Positions 36,991 through 49,560 of a stretch of 64,000 nt of DNA are shown piece after piece. A program made the translations under genes and the position numbers. The DNA lies in the NCBI GenBank assembly GCA_964187785.1, contig OZ076409.1, positions 53,818,001 through 53,882,000 on the forward strand, given 5' to 3'. Source of the DNA: Amphiscolops sp. MND2022. Lineage: Eukaryota. Under the pieces are notes generated by a model. It had not been told where the DNA came from. It ran no database searches and was given only the letters and a program-made list of their open reading frames with translations. Each line of letters begins with the position of its first letter. Position 1 is the first letter of the stretch.

Positions 36991-39900
36991 AAAAAATACA
37001 TCAGAACAGCAAGTAACATCACAGTTATCAGGAAGACATAAATTGGTAGGGGTGATAACGACCGTGTTGTAGGAAGTCTCAAATAAATTCTGCAACGTTG
37101 CCCTTCTAACGCTGCTTTTTTCAAGAAATCCCAGACTGAAAACTTCCGGTTCTGGAGCTTATCTTTCCCCCTTCCAAAAACCAGAAAACGAGAAATTGAT
37201 CGAGGCTCTCATTCCAAACTTGACACGTTTGGTACAGTTGTAAATGATATCTGCACACCACCCACCCATGAACGAAAAACATACTCTTCAGTTCCAAGTT
37301 CAGGAATTGGAATGGTAATCGGTACAGGAACTTGGACTAGGGGAGGTAAACACAAACTCGCTCATTTAAATAGCTGACACAATTTCGGACGGCACTGCAG
37401 CTCGTAGTGCGAAACCAAAACTTGGAACCAGTTTTCTGGTAGAGTGACATCGCAGACTCTAAGTTTTGCTACAAAAGAAAAATACTGGCTGACAGCTTTG
37501 ATCTTCTCGCTCGAACTTGACCAAACAATGTTCACGAAATGACTGGTAAGACGTTCAAGTGCAGCAATGTATTGTTCTTCAGTACCCTGTAAAATGACTG
37601 CAGAATCGAAACACGATAAGCCACGAACCAAATTGGGTTTGACGATCTCATGCGATAGAAAATTCCACAGAATGACACTCTGCCAGTGACACGTGGAATA
37701 CGATGTGCGATTCAAAAGATAGGTTTTGGAGAATAAAAGTAACAAATACATGTTGAATGAAGGCACGGAACATGGTCAAAATGAAATTTGGATAAAAGCG
37801 TATAAAATGGGAAACTGTAAAACATTGTAAAACCTGTACAAACAATCGTCGAGAACACATAGGGAATGATGAACAATCTGGCCAGGTACGCCGTATCAAG
37901 ACGAAAACACTCGTCAAGGATGCTGGGCTATAACAACAAATTGACGATTTGAAACGAGGAGAGAACAATATTAATCTTTTAAAGAGACACAATACAAACC
38001 TCTCGCATGACGAATTGGTTAGAAGGGAGTCTGGATACTCAGCTGAGATCGTCAAGGACCTAATCCCAGTGGGTTGACAAGAATTCAATTAGAACCGAAG
38101 CTTCCTTTGGGAGATACGAGAGATCCAAACACGCGCTACAAAAACACATGATTTTTAAAACGAGAATCATAAAAATTACTTTTATTGTATAAAAAATTGT
38201 ACCTTGTGGCGAGTTGGAAACGATTTTAGCCGGTCTCTGTCCAGCGCAGTCCACAGCTTCATTAAAAGAAAGTCAAGTTTTGTGCGGTAATCATGTTTCT
38301 CTAGGATCCAAGATGTAGGCAAAGAGAGACAACGTTTTAATTCATTGGGACCGAAACCAGTGACAGAAGTAGGCCGTAATCGTCCGGGTAAAGAAAGTTA
38401 GAAGCAAGAATTGAGTCCATCTTGACAATCCACGAGACAAAAGAAGGAAGGGTGTGATTCGAACAGGCTCAGGAAAGAGGCAATCACTCCAATCTTCTTT
38501 TTTGGAATCAATGTCCCTCGGGGCCCAGTCCCTAGGCAAATTTGGTAGAAGACGTTGCCTGCCCAGAAACGTAGGAAAATGTGCGTCTCAAACTGGTTGC
38601 TTTGGAAAGACAAGAATATGTCCCGTTGGCAGAAATGAAAGGAACACAATGTCACAATGTTGCATCAACTCACGAAACATGAAGACGATAAGAGCCTCCA
38701 AAAAAATCACGGATAACCAAGATACGGATCTAACTGAAAATAATGGAAATGCACGTATGTTTACAAATAAACGTTCTCGATTACAACTGAGGGTGGATTC
38801 CTGACTATTGCCTGGGAAGAGACGAACCATCTCATACCACATTCCGGCGACAGTGTCCACGTTACCACCATGACGAAGTCCGTACTTCAGAATACCAATC
38901 TGCGAGATGACGTCCTCACTAGGATTTGAAGTAATGGAAAAATCAGAGAGTCTGTCCTGTCCCACTAAAAGGCGACAAGCATCTAGCTGGGGCGCTATTG
39001 GGTAGGTCTCCTTTGCCACTCTCTTGGCTTCTTGAAGTGTATTTCCAGTGAGTGTTTTCTCAGAGCGATCACACAAGGGCACGCCAGGTGTTTCCAACCT
39101 GGTCCGATGCTCTTTGACCAAATGTAAGTCGGTTTTGAAATGAGAGAGCAATTCGGGGACACCTCTTCTCATGAGTAATAACTCTACTCTACACACTTGA
39201 CACCTTCACTTGTATGGTGTCTTTTGACGATCGATTGGTCCAGTGGCAAAGAATTTAGGCATTGGATGATTGCGCATCATGTGAGTCATTAGAGAATACT
39301 AAGGCCTGCGCCGCTTAACACTTGGGGCTGGCATATCCTCGCAACCTGATTGAGTCATTGATTCCTCTAAATCTCGGTCGTCAGTCCTCGGTAATGCTTC
39401 TCTGATGACAACTTTACTGGGTGAAATCGGTGGATTTTCAATCATGTTAAAAGAAAAACTGCTGGTTGAGGTCGGGTCAGGGTCACTCAACATTGTTTGT
39501 GGGATCGTTCCCAAAACACTAGTTATCGCAAGCACTTCTCGTTTAGTAATGACCATCTTTGGCGGTTCCCCCGTAGTTGGTCAATAAACTTCATCAGAGG
39601 TTGAGGGATTCCCTGGCGGGTTCGCTGACATTGATTCGCCAAGTGGAACTACTCGCCAAATCATTTGAAGAATTTCTGCATCCCGCTCTGTTTCTTCTGG
39701 ACTGTAAAGAAAGGAAACAATCCGGGGCGAAGCGGTTTGGCAGCTGTTCAAGGCTTCAGCAGCCTTGGAGACGTCTTGCAGGAACGTATCATTGACAGTC
39801 AGTGATGATAAATTGTGTAATAGTGACTTTACATCACACTCTGGGTTTTGCGGAGGATCTTCCTTGTTTTCCTCTGTTGCTTCCCGATTTACAAGTCAAC

Positions 39901-40297
39901 CCCGATCAACCCTTGGGGACAAGGAAGTGTCTATATTGTCCACGATCACCTGTTATATCCCGTCGTTGTTTTGAGTTACGGATTCTTCAGTTGGTTGTGC
40001 AGAAGATGGAGGACTTCCAGTAGTACTTTGAATCAAATTGAAAGGATTTTCGGCAGTAAATTGCATCGGCTCAGGGGAATTCTCTGTTTCAACTGCGACA
40101 TTTCCAAATGGAATATATATTTTTGTTGGGGATCTAGCCGGCGACTTCTGAGTGGATCCCAGTTCAACTAAAACAAATTGATTTAATGTCACCTTGGAAG
40201 AAAGTTTCCCACTGAGCGAACCTAGTCTTGATAGACAACTGAATCCGGACGCGGTGGAAGAAAGTTCAAAAAACGCACGGAGGTAACTCAAAACCAA
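36921..40297 (-). pseudogene. Antisense hAT-transposase-like zinc-finger gene of C, degenerate
   Basis: CRVELLLMRRGVPELLSHFKTDLH; LSFQ...LRFW; LVRGLSCFD...SQYFSF...LCQLFK; candidate intron 38696-38764. Confidence 0.7.
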
Positions 40298-40998
40298 ACC
40301 GGATGTAGAAATACTCCAAAAGAAATTCGAAAAATGATCTTTATCAAGATTACATCAGTTTCACTGTTTAGCGTGGCCAGCTACTCAATTTAAAGTTCTC
40401 TTCTGATCAGAAAAAACTCTTACAAATCCTAAGTTACAAATCAAACAAAATACGGAACTCACCAGAAAAAGTTGATGTTGACGATTTGTAACCACAATTG
40501 GCGAGTTTTTTTTCGAGGAGTTTGCTGTCTTCTCGACTTTCTGCGATTCGAGGGACCCATTCCAGTACAAATGATAAATAATAGGAACGGGTATTAAATT
40601 AAATTGAATGAACGAAGCAGTTATCGACAGAAAGAAAAGAGGAAAAGGATCGGATTGGAAATAGGAATGACAATTTGTCTTTAACTAGAATTGCTATGAA
40701 CTGTAAAGAAGACTATATTTAACACTGAAAGTTTCAAACAATTCTCATTAACTTTAAAGGGTTGGGGTACGAACGAACGGCAAAACGCAAATGAGCACAA
40801 AATGTGCGCACTAATACATGAAATATTTTATTGTGAATGGTCAATTAGTTGTCGTTCATTACTGCCAGAGTTGACGATTACGTAATTGATGAGATTAGAG
40901 ACCGGTCAACAACGTTAATCTCAATAGTGCCCTCATTTGGCAAAGAGCGGAACTTCCCCACTGCCTATACAGAGTATACAGAAATCTTACTAGTGACA

Positions 40999-41120
40999 AT
41001 GCGGCAATATGCGGAAATTTATGACCGCATATGCGGCAAGATACGGAAAATCACCACTACACATACGGCAGTATGCGGAAAATACGACCGCATATGCGGC
41101 ATGATGCGGAAAATCAGCCA
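40999..41120. repeat. Four 31-32-bp tandem units rich in ATGCGG, with two CCGCATATGCGG palindromes
   Basis: Read directly; the same palindrome occurs in both C LTRs (33067, 43384). Confidence 0.85.
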
Positions 41121-41867
41121 TTCACGTAGAGCGGTATTTAGACGTGTTTAAAAGACATACATAGCAAAACTTCAATTTCTTACGATGCTATGAAATACAA
41201 TGGTTGACACAAACCTTCAGATATGCAAGAAAATTTGATCTACTACCAATGCGCATTTTCATGCGTTAATGGAGCAATACAGACAAACCCAATGATGAGA
41301 AGAAACATACATTAAACAAAACATGATGCACTTTTTAAGTGGGGGACCTAAAACAAAACCTTGATGAAATTTGGATAAAGGTGACTTTACATGAGAAACA
41401 AATCAAAACTTTAAATCCTGTAGGAACTCCATTCACAAATGTGAATTTCTGGTCACCTAAATTTGAATATACATTAGTTTTGTTTCAGTTCTTTATTAAT
41501 GAATTTATGAGTCATGTAATCCTTTGAAGTTGAATACGATTTTGTTTATATGCTATTAATCTGGTTGATGGTCGTCACGGAATTCGAATGGAGCTGTAAC
41601 TTTTCTTAAATGCAGATGACACACCTAATATGGAGGCTTGTTAACATCAAATTAGTTGAAAAATCGTCAACTTTTATGAATTTAACAACGTAGCTCACAA
41701 GGAAGATCTTATGGTGAAGTTGAGGAACCCCGAAAACATGACACTCAATTTTTCCGCGAGGTTTTGCCAAATACGGAAGAGACTGAAAGGGTAACCACCA
41801 CATGATCTTTTAATTTGCTTGAAAACAGAAGCCTTCTCTAAACAAATTCTACTCTCAAATCCTACTT

Positions 41868-42946
41868 GTGAAAATAATTTTCACAAAAAAAGGAACCATT
41901 AACAATTTACAATTTGCTGTTGAAAACAGTCCCTTAATATCAATCCAATCGCCCGGGATCATCGATGTATCCAGTGATTCTGGAGAAGAGTTTGTAGTGC
42001 AACCAAATGACCTGCCTGAACTAGAGGAGAGATTCAGAGCTGGTGGACCGAGGTCAGACTTGATGATGGCATTTATTGGTGCTGCCTCTGCGACTTTGTT
42101 TGCATCGGAAACAGAAGATCCTGGAGCACGTGAAATGATTGACACTGCCGGGACCTCAATTGATTGTTAAATGATGGACATCATTGACGAACAACTCCTC
42201 AACAGGGAATCGTCCTCAACTTTGTTTGTTGATACTGGACCGGAGGACTCCCCAATGTCTCCCTGGGATCCGTCTAGAGCATGTGTCGATGAACGACTAT
42301 GGGAGACCATCAGCTGCGATTCTCCCTACGTCCAGAATTGGTAATCAAGGGACAACTGCAATCAATAGGCCCATACCGACATACTCAACTAATTTTACAG
42401 CCAAAAATTCTAGTTTCCGAACTCAACAATCTGTTGACTTCGAACATCAACAAGTGCATCACCTACCGAATAATACTCAAACAAGAATGGCAAACTCTAG
42501 AAGTGCTTTCACTTCTACTCAGAATAATTTACCTCAGTACAACAATGCTCCACTGTTGATTCAAATACCTTCTCATGGAGGGAGTTCAAACATTCGTTAG
42601 TTGAATGGCGGACCCAACCAGTATCACATCCTAATTTCCCTGTCCACGTAGAACACAGCACCTGCTGCTTTTGCTTCTCCACGAGAGACAGATGTACAAG
42701 CTCCTCCCCACTGCCATGCCCAACGTGGCTGGTTTTTGCGACTGGTGCGGCAAAAGCTACGACCTAAAAGCATTGCAGACTTTGGGGAAGCATCTTGTTG
42801 CTCCTTCCTACAATGGGGAGGCGGTCCGAGACAGGGGAGTGTGGTCTCGCGCCTTCATTGATGGATTCGAGGATGTGCTGTTCTCTTTTAAAGGTGCGGG
42901 ACTGCCGCAACTTCATGGTTGCTCTGGTCCAGTTGTGCAAGTGTGA
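41868..42946 (+). pseudogene. ORF3 of family C, ending inside the 3' LTR
   Basis: Acidic ORF 41868-42170, ORF 42184-42600, and 42671-42946 CDWCGKSYD...RAFIDG...FKGAGLPQLHGCSG aligning with ORF3 of A and B. Confidence 0.65.
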
Positions 42947-44690
42947 AAAAGAACGACAGATTCAGCCCGAGGAAACAAACTTGCTTTAATGAAACTCTAC
43001 AAACTGTCTTTTTCTTCCTTTAGTGCCAACTTTATTTGTTTTAATTGACAAATCTAGTCATTCAAAAGTTTGTTTCTGTATTCTCTCTATTTGAAATATT
43101 AAAGGTAATCTTAAATCGAGACACCTTTTATTAGGTGTTTTCTTTACGTTTTCACATTGGCCACAACTCAAATTGCTGAATCATATTGTCAAGGCTAGGT
43201 TGAACTCATGAATGGATCTTGATGATTACTTAACACGTGATTTTTGAACCAATAATCATGCGTCACTATGCAGAAGAAAACATAGTGACGTATGTATTTG
43301 AATGTCCTGTTTTTAAATATTAATTATGCGTTACCATGCGGAAACTTCACTACGCATATACAGCAACATGCGGAATTTTGTTTCCGCATATGCGGCATAA
43401 TGCTGAAATTCATCCTTTCTCTCGCACAGCGCTATGGCCTATTTATACGTCACTATGCGGAAAATCGCAGGCGCACATGCGTCAACATGCAGTTTTCAAC
43501 ATTATTCATCATACGGCGCTATACTATTGTTGCAAGACAACAATACGTTACTGTGCGAGAAAATAAAAACGCAAATACGTTAATATGCGGATTTCCAGGG
43601 TTCTCACAGAATTTTTGCAATACTTGATCTACATTTTATTGTATACTTTGGAGCTATAAATAGGATTACGACGTATGACGTCTTACTTTCTGTACACTTC
43701 TGGAACAATGACACTCATTAAAATGGGTGTTATCCCAGATATTATTCATCATACGGCGCTATACTATTGTTGCAAGACAACAATACGTTACTGTGCGAAA
43801 AAATAAAAATGTATATATGTTATTATGCGGAATTCCAGGGTTCTCACAGTATTTTTGCAGTACTTGATCTACATTTTAATGTAAATTTTGGATCTATAAA
43901 TAGGATTACGACATATGACGTCTTTCTTTCTATACACTTCTGGAACAACGACACTCATTAAAATGGGTGTTATCCCAGATATTTTTATTGATGCGTAAAA
44001 GTGCAGGGGCTAATCATACTTTTATATAACCACAGTCAGAAACAGTTGCTTGAAACCATACATCAATCTTTGTAAAAACAGTTTGCAATCAACTTTTGTT
44101 CTACCTTCCCAATTTGTTTTCTCAAAGGCTCTCGAAAAAAATCAAGGTTTCCCCAGCAATCTCAACACCGTTCTCACTCGAGAAAGGTGGGAAATAGGAG
44201 AAACAGGAGGTCTAGAAGATTGGAAACACCATCCCCAGACAGAGAGTTGAGTGAAGCACATGTAGAAACGTCAAATCAAGGTAACGAAACTTTAACTAAT
44301 GTTAATATCGTTGTTCAGTAAACTTTAAGTGGAGACGAAACGAGGCCTCAAATAGAAAAATGTAGACAAGTTAGCAATGAGATCAAAGCATGGACAGAAA
44401 ACTTCGAACAAAAGAATAACGACAGAATAATGAAAATGAGAGAAGAGATGGAAAACAAGTTTAATGCAATTTGAAAGAAATGAGAACAAATAGGAGTGAA
44501 TCGACAATAACCAATCCCAGATCTGAATTGAACGGAATCCAGGACTCTCAACCTTCAGGATACAAAAATTATAGTTCTAATGGAGCTCACGCATCTAACG
44601 TAGAAAACTCAGATACAGAAAATGAAGGTGACCATCCCTTTAGAGCCTCTGATTTGAGAGAATTAAGGAATCCTGCTAGACCGCTGTATA
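42903..44690 (+). repeat. 3' LTR of C (3'-truncated) with internal 240-bp tandem duplication 43501-43980
   Basis: Homologous to 32646-34136; ATTATTCATCATACGGCGC starts at both 43501 and 43741. Confidence 0.85.
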
Positions 44691-46260
44691 CTCATTTTTC
44701 AAGCTCTCCGGTGAGGGCATACTTTGAGTTTGAAAGCGACTAAGTTGTCTCGAAAACGGACGCGATTTTTTATAACAAAATTTTACAACTACTTTCCACA
44801 ACGTTAACTTCTCGCATTTAGGTTTAGTACCGACTTTGGTCGTTTCGCGCCAATGGTGATTGTACGACAATTGTCTGATTATACAAACATGCGTTTGGAC
44901 AATTGGACAATCAATTATATAAAGAAAGTTTTGATGTTCAACTTTTACCAAGTTTGCCATAAAAAGAAAGCCCTGAAATAGACTAAAGAGTAGTGTTGAA
45001 TCAAACTCACAGCATGTATTCTGATGCCTCTAGTTCGAATCCTGCTGCATATAGAGTTCCTTTCAAGTGTTCGCCAATGATACGTTTTCAAGGGGAACTT
45101 TCAGGATAGCCTTTACTGGAAGATTCACATCACATTCGCTAGCAAAGTTCTGACACGGAAACACTAATTTTGAACATTGGGTAATTTGGAAAAAATTGCT
45201 AATCAACTATGTTTAAGAGGTGAGATTTTGCTGTGATAAGTTGCACTGAAATTTTATGTTCCAAAAGTTTCTCCTATTTACACAAACGGAGAACTTCTAC
45301 GTGATAGGATTTAGTGCACGGGACGGGACCTAATCTACCAAAAACCCATCCCAAAAAGTTTCACGTTTTTTTCTATGATATCCTCGGACAATACCCAGTG
45401 TGTTACATTTAAAAGGGACGTGCAATGTGCTCACGGATCCACCGCATAACATACCTGGAATTCTTCAAGTCCACATCCCGCCTAATTTTCAAGAAGCGCC
45501 AATAATCAAATTTGAAAAAGTAAGAGTTGCTTTTTAAAGGCTGAGGGTTTATCCAAATAGCACTTGACATGCTCAGCTTCCACGTCAACTGGCAATTAGA
45601 ATTTTTGTTGCTCTTCATCATGTCTGTGGATATCGATGCAATTTTGCAAATACCCATGCTTGAGATGCTTGAATATAGCTCAATAGCCATTTATTTTTTC
45701 AGCTTGAACAACGGCAGCGCTCCATTTTTGGATTAGGTTATGGAGGTGTTTTCTATGATCTGGCGAAAATGAAATTCATGTTGAAAACATTAAAGTAATG
45801 TAATGATACCCACTAATGCATGATGTCGATGATTATGATGTTGACGGAAAATTCTGATCCGATTATTGCGTGGCAGTTGAGCATGTCATTGCTCTTTCAT
45901 GAAGTTTTAGCCTTTCTATCAAAAATAACAGAAACTGTTATTATCATCGGCAACGAAGCGGTGGATTTTGACCCGGAAGTCTGATTTTGTCTGATCAATT
46001 GAAACTTCATGAAAGAGCAATGACATGCTCAACTGCCACGCAATAATCGGATCAGAAATTTCCGTCAACATCATAATCATCGACATCATGCATTAGTGGG
46101 TATCATTGCATTACTTTTAATGTTTTCAACATGAATTTCATTTTCGCCAGATCATAGAAAACACCTCCATAACCTAATCCAAAGTCAATATGAAGAGATG
46201 GCAACAACATTGAAACGGGCTGGTGAATAACAGACACGCTTCGAGGTTTCAAGCATTTTC
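44690..46260 (-). pseudogene. P-element/THAP9-like transposase relic
   Basis: Motifs in the expected order on the minus strand: SLLF(H)EVSI...IHRFVAD; KIASISTD....N; NP...YFFKFDY; KISVS; YALTGEL; many stops; the duplicate at 34137-34946 keeps KIGVSL-QIFAS. Confidence 0.55.
45727..46183. repeat. Near-perfect inverted repeat: about 181-bp arms, about 94-bp spacer
   Basis: 45727-45907 vs 46002-46183, about three differences by eye. Confidence 0.95.
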
Positions 46261-46265
46261 CATTA

Positions 46266-46648
46266 TTCTAACCTACAAAACCGGACGGGACTAAAGAGTT
46301 CCCCCTTTCGATTTTTTGTCGGCACTGTGCGATTTTTTTTTGAGATTTTTTTTTGTCTCCAAAGGGTCCCCTTTCATTTTTTACTTCTTTAAAGTAACCT
46401 ACAAAACCGGCCAAGACTAAAGGGTCCTCCCTTTTGATTTTTTTCGGCACTGTGCGACTTTTTTCGAAAATTTTGAGTCGGTCTCCCTTTTGAGTTTTTT
46501 GTTATTTTGCAACAGAATGCATGTTTATAAATCAAAAAGGGTCCCCTCTTTTACACTTTTTCGCACTGTGCGACATTTTCCGAAAGAAAAAAACTTTCGA
46601 AAATTTGAGCCTTATATATAGCGCCGACTATAGACGTTCCCGTCTTGT
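46266..46648 (+). mobile_element. Helitron-like non-autonomous repeat (3' part)
   Basis: AAGGGTCCCC / TTTCGGCACTGTGCGACTTTT subrepeats; end GCGCCGAC...GTTCCCGTCTTGT shared with copies ending at 62482 and 63978. Confidence 0.55.
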
Positions 46649-47737
46649 TTTAAATCAGGGTACCTACTACTTTGAACAAAAAGAGTTTACAAAAGTTCTA
46701 CAAAAGAACCTGATTGAAAGGTTCTCCTTATTCATTTTGCAGAAGGGGATCTTTCGAATTTTCCAGATAAAAAAGTGCCTTTTATAGAGTAAAATTCTGT
46801 TTTTTTCTTTGCGAATGCTTGAGTCTGTGTTACCCGATTAGGGTCTTATGAAGTGAGAGTTTCAGAAAAACCTTCCCGTAAGTTGTTAAGGACTGAATTT
46901 GATCATTGTAAACCTGAATGTTAGATAGCAATGTTATGAGACAGAAAATCCGGCTCCATAAGTGCGCAACAAAGTGTGTCCCTCATTCCGAAAATCTGTC
47001 ACACAGAGCATTGCTAGAGTATCACTTTTGCAAAAACGTTTTTGAACACGTCAAAAACCGATGTCATCTTCATATTCTAGACAACGGAAAATTCGTATTT
47101 TGTCCGAGCTGAACTTGTCCGAGCTGATTGTCCGAGCTGATTCATTTTTCAGTTCGCGTTCCGTAATAAGTACAAATTGAAATTCACGGTCAGATACTAG
47201 TTTACAGAAAAACGGGATGGTTTTGAGAAGCATGTCAGGTTCATCAGTTAGTCAGACCTGAATATACAATGGTTTGTTTATATTACTTGTTTAGGTAGTC
47301 CTCACTTATTTGTACTATTTGCGCTACAACTAGTAGAAAGTGTTATTCTACAAACGCTGCGACTAGTCCTTGGGTTCCGTGCATAGGTTCCGTCCATAAT
47401 CAGGCTATCTGTTTGATCCACGAAATCGCATTTTGCTGATACCCCAGTTAGCTTGTGCCAAAAATGCTTGTAATGTTTCTTTTGATTTTTGTTTCCGCGA
47501 AAAGAATTTGTATCTTTGAAGAAGTCTGTTTCTTCTTGTCCTCGCAATTTTTTTATTTCGTGTTGTGATATTATAGCCACTCTCATGTGGTTTCTTATCC
47601 GTCAGATTTTTTCTCGCTGCTGATCCTAATGACAAAAAGAGGACACTCACCAGCTTTCTCTCCGCTGCTGCATCTTTTAAAATGTTGAGGAGTGCTACGC
47701 TAGGTTGTTGCTCTGTTCTTGTCCGAAGTCTAAATGG

Positions 47738-48544
47738 AAAACTTGTTTGTTATGCCATGTGCCTACCCATTTACTGACTAACATCGGCGATGAACTAGTA
47801 GCTCCGCATAGGGCATTCATCGTCCGAATTTGTTTGCATATATTTTTTGTATCAAAACTAAACTGACCCGATTTCGATGTGCTACTTTGTTTTTTGATGT
47901 TGTTAGTAATTGATAATTTACCGTCAGGTCGTCCCAATATGAAATTGCAAAATATTTTTCACTTGAGACTTCATTCACTGAGATTGGATACTTGGCATTG
48001 GCGAAAACCATGGAGAGGTCCCACCATTCCTCCTAATCTGTTTTAGGTGCTGTGTCTGTCGAATTCCAAAATGTTGGCAATCCCGACACAGCCATCAGCC
48101 CCCTGAGTTGGCAACTCCACGCTGGATGACAAATCTCGCAGCGCCATGTTAAAGTTGAATAATGAAAACAATTGTAGTGATAACGTTGAATTAATCGACT
48201 GCTTCTGCTGAATAGTCCAAATGATGAATGATCAATTCTTTTCTTTTGTCAAGCTTGGTTGTTGTTTGTAAACATCATGTACTTCTTGGTGAGATTGGTG
48301 AGATTTAGTAATGGCATTGCTGGCGCTCTGCTACAATCAGTCACAACTTCCCCAAAACAGTAGCACCTATCTTTTCCCAACTTGCAGTAAAAAACAAAGC
48401 AGCACATCGAAAGCGGGTCAGTTCAGTTCTGATATAAAAATAGATGCAAATAAATTCTAAAGCTGAATACCCTATGCGGAGCTACTAGTTCATCGCCGAT
48501 GTTTGCCAGTGAATGGGTAAGCACATGGCATAACAAACAAGTTT
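47738..48544. repeat. Diverged inverted repeat, about 157-bp arms, about 490-bp spacer
   Basis: 47738-47895 is the reverse complement of 48389-48544. Confidence 0.8.
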
Positions 48545-49145
48545 GTCAGTCAAACTTGGATATCACATGTCACCTAGGAAGTCAGTGCTTTATATGTGCT
48601 TTTGTGAACATTTGAATGTTTTGGTGAAGCTTCTTCAAAGAGGAATTTTTAAGCAAAGTTTTTATGCTCCCAAAATTCACATTTAGAAATTGAAATCAGA
48701 ATAATGAAGGAATCAAATAAACGCAGCATCATTTGTATGTTTTGTGAAGCCATTACCGATTGTATCAACTGTTTGTTAGTATGAAAAAAACGGAGACCGA
48801 ATCGTTGAGTACAAGAATTGTGTTCAAGCTGGTGTGAAAAGAATTAGTGTTAGTGGTGAAACTTCTTTACTTGGAAGTCCGTAAGAAATGAACATGACCA
48901 GCTGCTTTTCCGCATTGAAACCTATGCGAAGCTACTTATAACTGTAGAAAGAATCAAACCACGGTTCGAAAAAGTATGTCAGTTCAAACAAGCCAGTGAT
49001 GAAACTCGAAAGCGATACAACAGAAATTGGGTTAGATCGAATTAACTCGAAACACCTCATCATTTCGAAATGTAAACATTAAAAAAATTCAAGATTCAGA
49101 CACATTTTAACTACAACGTGACGACACTAGAACGTGGCGACACCC

Positions 49146-49560
49146 TTTTTTAGTCAGCGCATTTTCCTTTAAGGAAAAAAAACGACTATTACAGTAACTA
49201 GTTTTTTTCCTCAAAAAACAGATTGTACGCGTAGTGGTCACTTTTTACAGAACTACTAAACTACTGGACCGGCAAGCGGCAACGTATCTAATTCAGCGCA
49301 AAGGGTTGCCCATTTCATTTATTTGATTTTTACAAAAGAGAAAGATTTTTACGGAAGATACAAAACCGGACGAGACTATAGGGTCCCTCCATCGATTTTT
49401 TGGCACTGTGCTACTTTTTTTCGAAATGTTTTTTGTCTCCAGAGGGCCCCCTTCAATTGTTTTGATACTTTGCAGCAAACTGGAGTTTCAGAAAGCACAA
49501 AGGGTCTCCACTTTTGAATTTTTCGGCACTATGAGACTGTTTCAAAATTCTTTTTTTTTC
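49146..49560 (+). mobile_element. Helitron-like repeat family copy (5' part)
   Basis: TTTTTAGTCAGCGC...CGACTATTACAGTAACTAGTTTT and GAGACTATAGGGTCCC shared with 63480-63978. Confidence 0.55.

Larger units (their letters stand above)
32646..45493 (+). mobile_element. Ty3/Gypsy family C, degenerate and rearranged
   Basis: Direct repeats 32646-34946 and 42903-45493 starting TGTCGCAG / TGCCGCAA; internal gag, integrase, antisense gene and ORF3 are homologous to A; no TSD found. Confidence 0.85.

Noticed and set aside
40999..41120. CRISPR-like array (also the 27722, 52724 and 60542 arrays)
   Set aside because: Tandem degenerate units without unique spacers; eukaryotic context; no cas genes
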